NCBI RefSeq assembly: GCF_009914755.1
Contig: NC_060926.1
Strand: one strand, 5' to 3'
Length of the DNA: 64,000 nucleotides
DNA from: the human T2T-CHM13v2.0 reference genome, Homo sapiens
Every line of letters begins with the position of its first letter. Positions within the stretch are counted from its first letter, which is position 1. Positions 44,780 to 57,704 of this stretch are shown piece after piece. Both the position numbers and the translations under genes were made by a program. Under the pieces are notes generated by a model that saw only the letters and a list, made by a program, of their open reading frames with translations, made no database searches and was not told where the DNA came from.

Positions 44780-45927
44780 CTGAAAAAAAAAAAGAAAAGT
44801 AAAAAAGAGAAGCATTGGATTGTGCTCCATTTTTACACATAATATGGAGAAGATTGAGTGAGGTTCTAATACATTTTGTAGGAGAGAATGAAGAAGAATT
44901 TAATTTCCTTTTTACCCTGCTGCTAGATGCGAGTAATGATACAGGGTGATTAACTTTTATGTTGCTGGAGCATTTTCACATGAAAGTCATTTTCAAAGAA
45001 ACAGCAAGTAAGCCTGGTAATTGAGAGAGAGTTTAAAGCACTTTCAAAGTGACCTCTGTGTTTTGGGGGATATTAGGATGACACCAATGGTGGGTGAGAC
45101 TCAGAGGTATAATTGAAATCAGTTGTGAAAGATTTATCTGTAAATCCACCTTCAACCCTCTGACCAAAAGATAAAGCCCTAATTGTGGCCAATGTTGACT
45201 TTTCTCTTTTTCACTTTTTGCAGCTGTATTTGGAGATAAAAGGACACTTCTAGAAGAAACTTCGGGTTAATCATGATAACAGTTGTTCAACATCAATTCA
45301 GCATCGTCAGTTTTCCATGATCTGCCTTAATTCAGGGTCATATTCCTGCATATTTGGCAGATTCCCTACAATTATGGAATGAATATATAAATGAGTAAAG
45401 AGAAGGGAACATGAGCAAAATACTTCCTAATAGCAGATAATCCAAAAGCCATTTTTCTTGGACGTTGCAAAACATTATACGGCTTTCTTTTTTCTGGTGT
45501 AGATTTACTTCCTTAATTACATTTTGTTTGGGTTAATACTAAAGTTCATGTTTTTATTTTTGCACTTTCACACTAATTTTGTGAATTTACAAATGTACAG
45601 GGTGCTGAATAGCAAGAAAACATCAAGAGTAGACTAAAAATGTCCCAGTAATAATTCTTAAGGGGGTAATCCAGTTAATTTTTCTAAATGACAACAATAT
45701 GTTATTTATGTATTTTACCATCCCTGGTCCCCCTAAAAATTGGGACTTCAACAGTAAGAGCTATTTCATATGCATATTATCAATATTTTGCCTGAAAAAA
45801 AGGTACATTTAATGTACATGTTTTTAAACTGTTTTTTGTAGATTTCTTGAGTCTTGAAACACTGTAGTTTTGGAGATTCATCTGTTTAGATGACAATAGG
45901 TCCCACTCTTAAGTTTCAGGTTTCTTA

Positions 45928-46092
45928 AAAAGTATTTTTTATGGGTACATAGTAGGTATATATATATTTTGGGAGTAGGTAGATATTTTGATACAGGCAT
46001 ACGATGTGTAATAATCACATCAGGGTAAATGAGGTATTCATCACACAAGCATTCATCATTTCTTTGTGTTATGGACATTCCAGCTGAATTTC
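45928..46092 (-). mobile_element. Very short L1MA 3' end
   Basis: tgggtacatagtaggt...gatacaggcat...ataatcacatcagggtaaatg; flanked by a 17-bp TSD. Confidence 0.85.
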
Positions 46093-46238
46093 AAGCTTCA
46101 GTTTTCTTATTTGTGAAATGGAAATACTAAGGAGGTTGTTGCGAGGATTAAAGGAGGTAATCTACACAAGATATTTAGACAGTTGTGGCCTCACTATAAA
46201 TGGTCAACACTATTGGGTATTTTTCATTATTACTATTG
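46093..46238 (+). mobile_element. MIR
   Basis: cttcagttttcttatttgtgaaatgg...gttgttgcgaggattaaa. Confidence 0.75.
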
Positions 46239-46687
46239 CTATGTGCTCTGCATTGTAAATTAGCATCAACTTCTGCTTTCTTATAAAACTGTTAGTGGCT
46301 GGGATATCTTCATCAATGCTAAGCACACAGGCTAATGGTTCACAAACATTTCACCACTAAAGAGCTCTCCATATCTCATAACACAATAAATGAACTCTTT
46401 TTATTAATTTTGAAACATTAATCAAAGATGTTTAACTGCTAATTGGAGCTTCTGACTGATGTGACATAGTCAGTGTTACAACAGATTGATATAATTCCTG
46501 CTATTTGGCAAACTAATACATACTTTCTTTTAGGCTTTAAACACTTCAACTTATAGATCAAAGACCTAATTATTACATGCTGTAGATACAACCATATTTA
46601 AAGACCCTGATTTTTCTGTTCTTTTGCATTTCTCTAGGGCGTAACATTGGACTGAAAAGGGTATATAGCAATAAATAGTTGAACAAC

Positions 46688-46797
46688 TTTAACAGATGGG
46701 GACACTGAGGCCCAAAATGGTCATGTGGTTAGAGGCAGAGTCGAGACTAGGATAAGATCTCCTGATCCCAGGTACTACACTTTTCCCAAGATGCCAC
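46688..46797 (-). mobile_element. MIR fragment
   Basis: acagatggggacactgaggccca core. Confidence 0.65.
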
Positions 46798-46896
46798 ATA
46801 AATCTCCACATAAAGGCAACCTAAATCATCCTGTGATATCTTAGCATGTTTTTTATTCAGAAGGTAGAGAATTAAGGTTCTTTGCCCGTAACAAGG

Positions 46897-47149
46897 ATAA
46901 TAGCCAATAGTTGAGTAGTTCCTATGTTATCAGTTAATACGCTAAGTGCTTTATAAACATGATCTCATTAAATGTTCATAGGAAATTTAGAAGGTAGTTA
47001 ATAATAGTATCCCTATATTACAGTTAAGGTAAGGCTCAGGGAGAATAGGAGCTCAGATTGCAAATTGGGAGCCTGGATTCAAAATGAGGTAGCCATGACT
47101 CTAGAATAGTGTAGGCCCTGCTGTTTGACCACTCCACTGAACTGCCTCC
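46897..47149 (-). mobile_element. MIR
   Basis: gctaagtgctttata...atctcattaaat...ccctatattacag...ggattcaaa. Confidence 0.7.
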
Positions 47150-47206
47150 ACATCCTTATCTGTGCAGCAACGACATGGAAGACAATGTTTGGTGTCTATA
47201 GCTGTT

Positions 47207-47563
47207 TGTCTTAGTGAGTTTGGGCTGCTATAACAAATTATCATAGACTGGGTGACTTAAACTGCAGATATTTATTTCTCATCATTCTGGAGGCTGGGAG
47301 TCTGAAACCAGGGCGCCAGCATGGCCAGGTTCTGGTGAGGGCTTGCTTTTTGGATTGCAAATCGCCATCTTCTTGTGTCCTTACAGAGTGGAAAGAAGAC
47401 CAGAGAGATCTCTGGCATCCCTTTTAAAAGGATGCAAATTCCATCATGAAGGCTCCATCCTCATGACTTAATTACCTCCCAAGGCCCTTACTCCTAATAC
47501 CATAACATAGGGGGTTATGATTTCAACATAAAAATGGTATATAAATACATTCAGTCCATAGCA
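47207..47563 (-). mobile_element. MLT1A-like MaLR solo LTR
   Basis: tgtcttagt...gggctgctataacaaa...attcagtccatagca; exact 5-bp TSD ctgtt. Confidence 0.9.
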
Positions 47564-47919
47564 CTGTTTATTTCAAGGAACTTAGGCCAATTGCATAAAT
47601 GAGGACAAAGCCATGGATTCCAGGCTGTAAACACCAAGGAACTTTTATCTACTCCATGTTCATGGTCTGCATTCTTAGCTTAAGCTACTTGTCTTATAAG
47701 TGTAGTCTTGGGTTAATGGAAACCCAGTGAAAATACTGCTTCATCAATAAAAATCTTTCTCTACTTCTGTACTTTTAACTGGCAAATTTAACCATTCAGG
47801 GGCCAAGAAGGGGGCTAGGAAGACTATAACATTACCTAGATAGTAGTCATAAATCCCATGTCCACGTGCCTCTTTATTTAGGAGAGTCTCTCTAATACCC
47901 ACTCTTGGCAGACATATTT

Positions 47920-48460
47920 CCTTCATGCATTGCCTTTGCGTGTTCTTTGTCCATTTTTCATTTGGATGATTTTTATATCGAATTTTTAAGCATACTAAAC
48001 TCGTTAATCCTTAGGCTGCCATAAACGTATAGCTATTTTTCTGTTTATTGCCTTATAATTTTATTCATCCTAAACAGATAAAATTGTTACATTTTTATGT
48101 TATAAATCAATTATCTTTTTCTTTATTTCTGCTTGAGTATGATAGAAAGTACACCTCCATCCCAATAATATATTAATAGTCACCTATATTGTTCTATTAT
48201 TTTTATGGTGTCTTTTTTGGTACATTTAAAACTTTAATCAACTTGGAATTCATTTTGGTATAAATAGGGAGACGTCTTTATTTTTCCTAAATTATCAATC
48301 TTTTAACCCTACCTATGTAGTAAATAATCCACCCCCTTTGCACTTATTTAAAATATTTAAAATTCTTATATATGCATTTTCTTCTTCAATTTCTATGCTG
48401 TATTAATGAATACATTTCTTCATCAATATTATACTAGTTTCAATTATTGTTGAATATGCA
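47920..48460 (-). mobile_element. Highly decayed L1M ORF2 fragment
   Basis: tacatttaaaactttaatcaacttggaattcattttggtata and neighbouring L1-like text. Confidence 0.5.
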
Positions 48461-48569
48461 CTTAATTTACACAATGCTTGACTGGGTTTCTAGTTTCCTG
48501 GCCCTTAGCAAATTATAGGAAGTAACCCCAAGGGTCTTGGAAGCATGAATATATCAAGAAATGATTTCG

Positions 48570-49090
48570 TGGAATATTATTCAGTCTTAGAAAAAAACAA
48601 GGAAATCCTGCCATTTGTGACAACATAGATGTACATGGAAGACGTTATGCCAAGTGAAATAAGCCTGACACAGAAAGACAAATATCTCAAGATCTCACTT
48701 ATGTGTGGAATTTAAAAATGTCAAACTCTTAGAATCAAGAGAGTAATAGTAGAGTTACCAGGTTCTGGGGGTGAAAGGAACAGGGAGATATTGGTCAAAG
48801 GGGGCCAAAATTTCAGTTATGCAAGATGATGAAGTTGTAGAGATCCAATGTATGGCATGGTAATTATAGTTAACAACACTGTACTATATGCTTGAAATTT
48901 GCTAAGAGGGTAGATCTTCAATGTTCTCTACACACACACAAAAGGTAACTATGTGAGGTGATGATATGTTAATTAGCTTGTTTGTGGTAATCATGTCAAA
49001 ATGTATATATCTACTAAAACATCATGTTGTACATTCTAAATATATACAATTTTTATCTACCAATTATATCTTGATAAAGCTGGAAAAATA
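48570..49090 (+). mobile_element. L1MA8/9-like 3' end
   Basis: ggaaatcctgccatttgtgacaaca...gaaatttgctaagagggtagatctt...ggtaactatgtgaggtgatg. Confidence 0.85.
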
Positions 49091-49861
49091 GAAATAATTG
49101 TGATCAGCTTGACTACAAGGTGAGAGACAGAAAACATAACAACATAGTCTTGGAAATTCAATAAAAATTATTTGGGATTACTTAATAAAAGTCAAACTTC
49201 TTTAAAGAGCTCCAAAACCTCTGAGACTTTCACTAAGTTATTGATATTCATAAAGAATTCAGTCTATAAAAAATAAGCATTCACATATTCTTAGAATCAG
49301 AGCCTGTCTCTCAGACTGAACTGGGTTATTGTGAAGAATGGAGAAAACCCAGACCCTGTTCTACCAGCTGGATGTTATGTAGTAAATTTCAGCCCTTACT
49401 TGTGATCTGTTCAAAATATAGAAGAACTAAAAAGGAATACAAATTTAAATCAGCTCGCAAAATAACTGAGCCAATTACTTAGGAAGTGTGCATTCTTCTC
49501 TTTGGAAAACTGCTTGTGGAACATGCAAATTTTGTAATATTGTTCTTCATCATGCATAACTACCTAAATCAGGTTATACCTTAGGTACAACTGAGAAAGG
49601 TAAAATCTTGGAAGAAATAGCTCTGACGTATCTATAAACACTAATTCTGCCTTTTCTATAAATTCTTCCCTCTCACCCCCAACATCTCGAGATCTAAGAA
49701 GAAGTAACAGTACCTAAGAGGGCTTAGGAGGCTCACACTCTGCTTGTGGGTTCTCTCGATTGCTTTGAGGAGAATCCTGTGATAGCACAGGAGAATAGGG
49801 AGGAAAACTGCTTATGTGGAAGACAGGGAGGACGACTTTGACCAGCTGTACAGAGTAGATT

Positions 49862-50360
49862 TATTTTAAAATCAAATTACTTTTTATTCAATAAGACATA
49901 ATAGAATTTTAACAGCTTGATGAGTTTTAATAAGTGTGTATACCCATATAAGTAACACCCAAACCAAGATAGAGAACGTTTCTGTAACCTCAAAGCATTC
50001 TCTCATGTTATTTCCTGTCAACCCTATCTAACTAAAGAGGTAATAATCACGCTCCTGATTTTCTAACATTAGAAGTTAGTTTTCTCTGTTTTTATAATTC
50101 ATACGAATGGAATCTTATTATAGTATGTACTTTTTTTGGCCTGACTTCTTTCAGTCAGCAAAATGTTTTTAATATGCATCCATATTGTTACATGAGTCAA
50201 TAATTTGTTCCTTTGTATTGGTGAGTATAATTTCATTGTATGAATATTTCACACTTGTTTTATCCATGAACATATTCATGCACATTTGGGTTATTTCTAG
50301 AGTCTGGCATCTTTCCTAACATTTGGTATTAACAGCCAACATTTAATTTTAGCTATACTA
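49862..50360 (-). mobile_element. Old L1M 3' end (left half of host)
   Basis: acagcttgatgagtttt...ccaagatagagaacgtttc...atggaatc. Confidence 0.75.
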
Positions 50361-53140
50361 TGAAGCACAAAAACCATATGTTTATTTCAATTGATGCTGA
50401 AAAAGCATTTTATAAAATTCAACATCCTTGTATGATAAAATTCCTTAACAAACTGGGTATAAAAAGAACACACCTCAACACAATAAAAGCCATATACAAC
50501 TGACCCACAGCTAGTATCATACTGAATAGGGAAAAACTGAAAGCCTTTTATCTAAGATCTGGAACAAGACAAGGATGCCCACTTTCACCACTATTATTCA
50601 ACGTAGTACTAGAATTCTTAGCTACAGCAATCAGACAAGAGAAAGATATAAAGGGCACCCAGTTAGAAAGGAAGAAGTCAAATTATTTTTGTTTGCAGGT
50701 GATATAATCTTATATTTGAAAAAAACTTAATACGTCACTGAAAAATTATTAGAACAGATAAACAAATTCAGTGAAGTTGCAGGTAAAAAAATCAACATAC
50801 AAAAATCAGCAGCATTTCTATCTGCAAGAAGTGAACAATCTGAAAAAGGAATCAAGATGGTCAGGTGCGATGGCTCATGCCTATAATCCCAGCACTTTGG
50901 GAGGCCGAGGTGGGCAGATCACTTGAGGTCAGGAGTTCAAGACTAGCCTGGCCAACATGGTGAAACCCCATCTCTACTAAAAATACAAAATTAGCTGGGT
51001 GTGATAGCGTGTGCCTGTGGTCTCAGCTACTCAGGAGGCTGAGGCAGGAGAATCACCTGAACCTGGGAGGCAGAGGCTTCAGTGAGCCAAGATTGTGCCA
51101 CTGCACTCCAGCCTGGGCAACAGAGTGAGACTCCATCACAGAAAGAAAGAAAGAAAAGAAAGAAAGAAATTCCACTTATGATAGCTACAAATAAAATAAA
51201 ATACCTAGGAATAAATGTAACCAAATAAGTGAAAGATTTCTACAATGAAAACTGTAAAACATTAATATAATAAATTGAGGAAGACAGAAAAATGGAAAGA
51301 TATCCCATGTTCAGGAATTAGAAGAATCAATGTTGTTAAAATGTCCATATTACTCAAAGCAGCCTACAGATTCAATGCAATCACTATCAAAATACCAATG
51401 ATATTCTTCACAAAAATAGAAAAAATAATCTTGAAATTTATATGGAATTACAAGAGACCCAAAATAGCCAAAGCCATCCCAAGCAAAAAGAACAAAACTG
51501 GAGGAATTACATCATCTGACTTCAAATTATATTACAGAGCTACAGTAACCAAAACAGCATGGTAATGACATAAAAGTAGACACATACACCAATGGAAAAG
51601 AAGTAGGAACCCAGAAATCATATACTTACAGTAAACTAATTTTCAACAAAGTTGCCAAGAACATACATTGGAGAAATGACAGTCTCTTCAATAAATAGTG
51701 CTGAGAAAACTGGTTATCCATATGCAGAAAAATAAAGCTAAATCTCTATCATATATAAAAATTAAATCAAAATGGGTTAAAGACTTAAATCTAAGACCTG
51801 AAACTATGAAACTACTAAAAGAAAACATCAGGGAAGCTCTCCAAGATATTGGTTTTAGCAAATATTTTTGAGTAATACCCCAAAAGCACAGGCAACCGAT
51901 GCAAAAATGAACAGATAGGATTACAAGTTAACAAGCTTCTGCACAGCAAAGGAAACAATCATCAAAGTGAAGAGACAACTCACAGAATGGGAGAAAATAT
52001 TTGCTAACTATCCGTCTGACACTGAATTAATAACCAGAACATATAAGGACCTCAAACAACTCAATAGGAAAAAATCTAATAATCCAATTTAAAAATGGGC
52101 AAAAGATCTGAATAGATATTTCTCAAAAGAAGACACACAAATGGTGAAAAGCTATATGAAAAGATGCTGAACATTATTGCCCATCAGAGAAATGTAAATC
52201 AAAACTACAATGAATTTCATCTCACCCCAGTAAAAATGATTTTTATCCAAAAGATAGGCAATAACAAATACTGGCAAGGATGTGGAGAAAATAGAACCCT
52301 CATACACTGTTCGTGGGAATGACAATTAGTAAAACTACTATGGAGAACAGGATGGAGGTTCTTCAAAACACTAAAAATTGAACTACCATATGATCCAGCA
52401 ACCCCACTGGATATATCCAGAAGAAAAGAAATCAGTGTATCAAAGTGATATCTGCACTCCCACATTTATTATTTATGCCCACTGGATATATCCGAAAGAA
52501 AAGAAATCCGTATATCGAAGTGATATCTGCACTCTCACATTTATTGCAGCACTATTAGGAATAGCCAAGATTTGGAATCAACCTAAGCATCCATCAACAG
52601 ACAAATGGATAAAGAAAATGTGGTACATATACACAATGGAGTATTATTCAGCCATAAAAAGAATCAGACCTGGTCATTTGCAACAACTTAGGTGGAACTG
52701 GAGGAGATTATGTTAAGTGAGATAAGCCAGGCACAGAAAGACAAAGTTGGCATGTTCTAACTCATTTGTGGGAGTTCAAACTTAGAACAATTGAACTCAT
52801 GGAGAAAGAATAAAATGATGGTTACCAGAGTCTAGGAAGAGTAGTTGGGAATGGGAGATGAGGATGGCTAATGGGCACAAAAATATAGTATAGTCAGATA
52901 CAGTAAACAAGATCTAGTATCTGATAGCACAACAGGGTGACTACAGTCAGCAAAAATTTGTTGTACATTTTAGAATAACTGGGAGTACAATTGGAATGTT
53001 TGTAACACAAACGATGAATGCTTAAGGTGATGGATGCCCCATTTACTTTGATGTGATTATTTACACATTGTATGCCTATATCAAGATATCTTATATACAC
53101 CATGTACCCATAAATGTTAAAAATTAACTGTTTTAAAAAA
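50361..53140 (+). mobile_element. 5'-truncated L1MA2/3-like element, about 2.8 kb
   Basis: ORF2 remnants (51275-51565 WKDIPCS..YRFNAI; 52378-52716); L1MA 3'UTR gatagcacaacagggtgactacagtc; degenerate TSD tttaattttagctatacta/tttgattatagctattcta. Confidence 0.9.
50859..51169 (+). mobile_element. AluS inside L1MA, with (GAAA)n tail
   Basis: Full dimer followed by gaaa repeats. Confidence 0.95.
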
Positions 53141-53141
53141 G

Positions 53142-53760
53142 TTTGATTATAGCTATTCTAATGGGTTTGAAGTAGTAACTCATGGGTGTTATAATTGCAC
53201 TTTCTTGATGACGAATGATGCTGAGCACATTTTTTGGTGCTTATTGATTATTTTTATATCTTTTTAAATGAAGTGACTATTCAAGAGTTCTGTACAAAAA
53301 TGTGGTTGTCATTTTATTATTGATTTTTAAGAGATCTCTATATATTTTGGAGGCATGCTGTTTATCAGATATGTTGAAAATATTTTGTCATTCTGAGACT
53401 TAATTTTTTAGAAGAACATTAAAATTCTGACGAAATTTGAGTTGTGAATTTTCCACACTACACTTGGTGTTTCTTTTGGTGTCCAGTCTAATAAATCTGC
53501 CTACTTCAAGGTGGTGCAGGTATTCTCCCATGTTTCTTCTAAAAGTTTTTAATTTTAGTCTTCTACAATTAGATGTATAATCCATTTCAAATTAATGTAT
53601 ATGTGTGGTGTTAGGTAGGAACCCAAGTTTACTTTTTTCTACGTAAACTTCTGCTGGAAGTGGTTCCAGCAGAAACTATTGAAAATATCATTTCCCTATT
53701 TAATTATTTTAATTATTTGTTAAAAATGGTTATTAATGTGAGGGGTTGTTTCTGGATTTT
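53142..53760 (-). mobile_element. Old L1M (right half of host)
   Basis: agctattctaatgggt...gaatgatgctgagcacattttt...tattctcccatgtttcttctaaaagt. Confidence 0.75.
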
Positions 53761-53767
53761 TCTGCAA

Positions 53768-55297
53768 AACTCCAGACTCATATCCAAATGCCCTACTTGA
53801 CATTGTCCGTTGTGTCTAATAGATATCTCAAGTTAAACATATTCCCAGACTGTGCTCCTTCCTCCCCTTAAAATTTCTTCTACATGTGGTCTTCTCCATC
53901 TCAATTTATCATATTTCCGTTCTTCCAATCATTCAAGCTAAAAATCTTGGCGTCATTATGGATACTCTTTCTTGCATCCTACACCAATTCCATCAGCAAG
54001 TCTACTTTCAAAATACATCGAGAATGTAATCACTTCCCTGGCCACACCATCTCCCACCCAGATGACTATACTGATCTCTGTCCCCACCCTTTACCCCAGA
54101 GTCTATTTTCAGCAGCTGGAGTTTCAAGACCTTTTGAAAACTTAAGTCAAATTATTCTTCCGCTCAAAACACTGGAGGGACTTTCCCTTGGTTCAGAGGA
54201 AAGGTCAAGGTCCTGAAAATAACCTTCATATCCTACAAACCTTTTCTGACCTCATTTCCTACCACTCCCTTCCATCTTATTCATCACAATCCCCTTCCCT
54301 GCTGCTGTTCCTTGATGGCAGGTGAGGTTCTACCTACCTCAGGGCCTTTATGGTGCTGTTTCCTCTGCCTGGAATGGGCTTTCTCCATTATTCTATATTC
54401 CTTCTCCTGCATTTCCTTCATGTCTTTGATTGCTGTGATCTTTTCTAATTGGGTCTTGAGATCTCTCTCTTGAGAGTCGCCATAAGCCCAGATAGTCACT
54501 CTCCGGGACAGACTGTTGGGGAGGGGACTAGGTTCCCGTGTGTGTGTGTCGGGTGAAATGCAATGAGGTGGTGAAACAAAAGGCATGAAACAGAATAAAT
54601 TTATTATGCACATCACTCAGAGAGGTTAGGGATGCTGATGTGAGGAATCCAACGGTGGTAGGGAGTGCAGCTGGGGTGAGAGAGAGAGAGAACCTGTGGA
54701 ACTATGCCTTTCTCAAGGTCCATGGTATTATTCCTTAGGCTTTCCTTCATGTGTTGTGGATTGGTTAGTTTAAGGAAAACATGCGCAAGGCGGGAACTTA
54801 TTGACATGACTCTGGCGTTGGCCATTAGGTTTTTATCACGATCAGCAGCTTTGGGTAGTGTTGAGTTTTGGGTCAGTGAAATGATGAATAAGTGGGCTGT
54901 CCAAAAACAACCACATGGGGAGGGGAAGTTTTAACCAGGGCAAGGGTGACAGGGTACACCTGGAATTCAACAACTTATATCAGGCCTAAAATTGGATACC
55001 CAGGCAACAACTATATTAAACAAATGTATGACATTAATCAAACGTCACTTTACCAGCGAGGGTTTGCCTGACTACTTACTGAAAAGTATACCCCCACCAA
55101 GCCACCCAGTACTTGTTACCTTTTACTATCTTACATAAAGCATTTTGTTTGTTTGTTTATCTGAATGTAAGCCTCTACTACAATATAAGCTTTATGAGAA
55201 CAGGGATGTTTTTCCTGTTTTATGTCCTGCTATTTACTCAGCATCTAGAACAATTCCTGGCACAAAGTAGGCACCCATAGATATTTGTTAAATAAAC
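53768..55297 (+). mobile_element. L2 in two pieces (53768-54430, 55034-55297)
   Basis: ctccagactcatatccaaatgcc...cctcagggccttt...ttcctctgcctggaatg; tail cctggcacaaagtaggcacc...atatttgttaaataaa. Confidence 0.85.
54431..55033 (-). mobile_element. ERVL solo LTR (MER73-like) inserted in L2
   Basis: TG..CA ends; caggcctaaaattggat...caactatattaaacaaatgtatgaca; TSD ttgat/ttaat. Confidence 0.7.
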
Positions 55298-55699
55298 AGG
55301 CTAATTCCTTCCCTTCAGGGCTTGAGAGGTGTTTTGGGAGGATGAAAATAAAGACTAAGATGGAAACAAATTTGTTATTAGTCTTGAAATTCTTAGCCCT
55401 TGTCAGCATCACTTTGGGGTCTAATTTTTTAAAAACATGCAACAACTGAAAATCCAGAAAGTACAATATCCTTCCACAAAGCCCCCTCTGCCCCTTTCCT
55501 AGAAGAAACCTTACTTATGTAATTAAGAAGAATACACATGTATGAAACACATTTTAGAAATACTTTCAACTAAAAAAATTGACATCTTAAAGTTTTAATA
55601 CAGAATTAGGCTTAGGTACTTATGAAATACATTGTATTTCCAAACAATGAGCAAAAAAAGGGGCTATTGTATGCATTCAATAAATTTAGATAGCTTCTC

Positions 55700-55871
55700 A
55701 TAATAAAACACTTGCCATGTCCCAGAAGATGTGCTCAGGTTTTTACATGTATGATCTCATTCAATTCCCACAACAATATTATTAGACCATAGTACTATAA
55801 TTCTATGCATTTTATTGTTGAGGAATCTGGGACTTAAAGAGTTTAAGTAATTTGACAGAACTCACCAGCTA
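55700..55871 (-). mobile_element. MIR
   Basis: atctcattcaattcccacaaca...cattttattgttgaggaatctggg...aagtaatttg. Confidence 0.7.
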
Positions 55872-56543
55872 TGCCTATACATTTCCTCAAGAGCATCACA
55901 CTGGAAAATAAACCTTTTGCTTTATTCCCAATGCTGACTGCATAATTAAGAGCCTCTTTAAAACTCCTGTCCTAAGTTAGAATACAGCCAGTCCTAGACT
56001 GGTTAAGGCTATTGTTAGAGATTTTGTATTTGTTGACAAACTTCTGGACCCCACTTTCCCCTACCAGAGAAGATGTTGTGTAATAACACGAATAGCAACT
56101 TTAGGATTATTTTGTTACCATCCAAATACTCCAAAACGAAATTCCCCTTGGCACTCTGAAGCTCTAGAAAGATTAATTTCTACCCACAGATCTCCAGATT
56201 CATATACAGTTGAATAAAAAGATTCACGAGTTTCAAGAGGGAAAAAAATTTCAAAGACCTGGTTTTGGCCTAGCTCTGCAGCTTTAAGATTTGTATTAAA
56301 GACCATCCCCCTGCAATCACACACTTACATAAGCAAAAACATGTTTCACATAAGCCTAGAAACAGTCCTGGTGTTACAGGGAAGCTATTGGGCATTGTGA
56401 GACTGAGCAAACGTGCCCTCTGTGAAAGCGGGAATTAGTCTCGTGTTGTGGTCCTCTTTAAAGCTGCTGAATCGCCCTTGGGAATTTCAATGCTGTAACC
56501 CTCTACTTGGTACCCTGATATTATCATTTTCTGATCTTTGCAG

Positions 56544-56571
56544 CCTTGAGTCACCTTGCCCACAGGTACGG
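56544..56571 (+). other. Candidate micro-exon with tandem splice sites
   Basis: tctttgcag|...cccacag|gtacgg|gtaagt. Confidence 0.3.
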
Positions 56572-57089
56572 GTAAGTCTCTCTTGAGAATCTAAACTCTC
56601 TGCTTCTACACAAGGAGAATAGAAACTTTTCCAGTTAGTTCATTGACACCTGATGATCTCCCGTTAGTTCCTAAAGTCCAGAAATTACTCATGCTTTACT
56701 TCTTCAAGACCCTTGTTCCAGTAAGGGTAACACTGGTTTAACCCCTTTTCCATAAGTTTCCTCCCTTCTTTCCCCTTCCTTCTCCTCCTCATCCCTCTTA
56801 GGTCCATTACTGACACTCAGTTTCCTGGCAGGACAGCTTCCTCTACCTTCTCCAGGCTACCTGGTGTCTTTGATCTTTAGGCTCTGGCTGTCTATCAGCA
56901 GTTCATTCGATCATATGCACATCCAGTTATACAACAGGAGTAGGATGTGGAGAAGGCTTTAAATCAAGGCAGCCACATGGCATTGGCTCAGATCTGGGAC
57001 TTAGGCTATATAGCAAAGACTCATATGGAACCCAAAGAGAGAACCAACCTAATCAGAGTGAAGGTTTTGTGCTGAGGAACAGTGAGAAA

Positions 57090-57340
57090 GGAGTGTGATG
57101 GGAGCGGGGCATGATTTCTGAGAGCTCAGCAGTTAGAGGAATTTCATATTTGATGAAACAGGTAGAAATTGGAAATGCTTGTTCAAGGGGGTAAAAGGAT
57201 GAAAGCAAAGCTTTAAAAAGATTACAGTGGTTATTTTGGTATGTCGGATGAATTAGACGCAGAGAGAGGAAGGTTTTACAGCAATAAAAGAATAAAAATC
57301 CGTGGACCAAGTTTGTGGGAATGGACTGAAGGAGGCAAAA
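57090..57340 (-). mobile_element. Decayed L2 fragment
   Basis: gaggaatttcatatt...tttaaaaagattacagtggttatt resembles L2 internal sequence. Confidence 0.45.
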
Positions 57341-57388
57341 CCAAAAAAAAAAAAAATCTATAAAGGAAGAACAAATAAGAGATAATGA

Positions 57389-57704
<316 letters not shown>

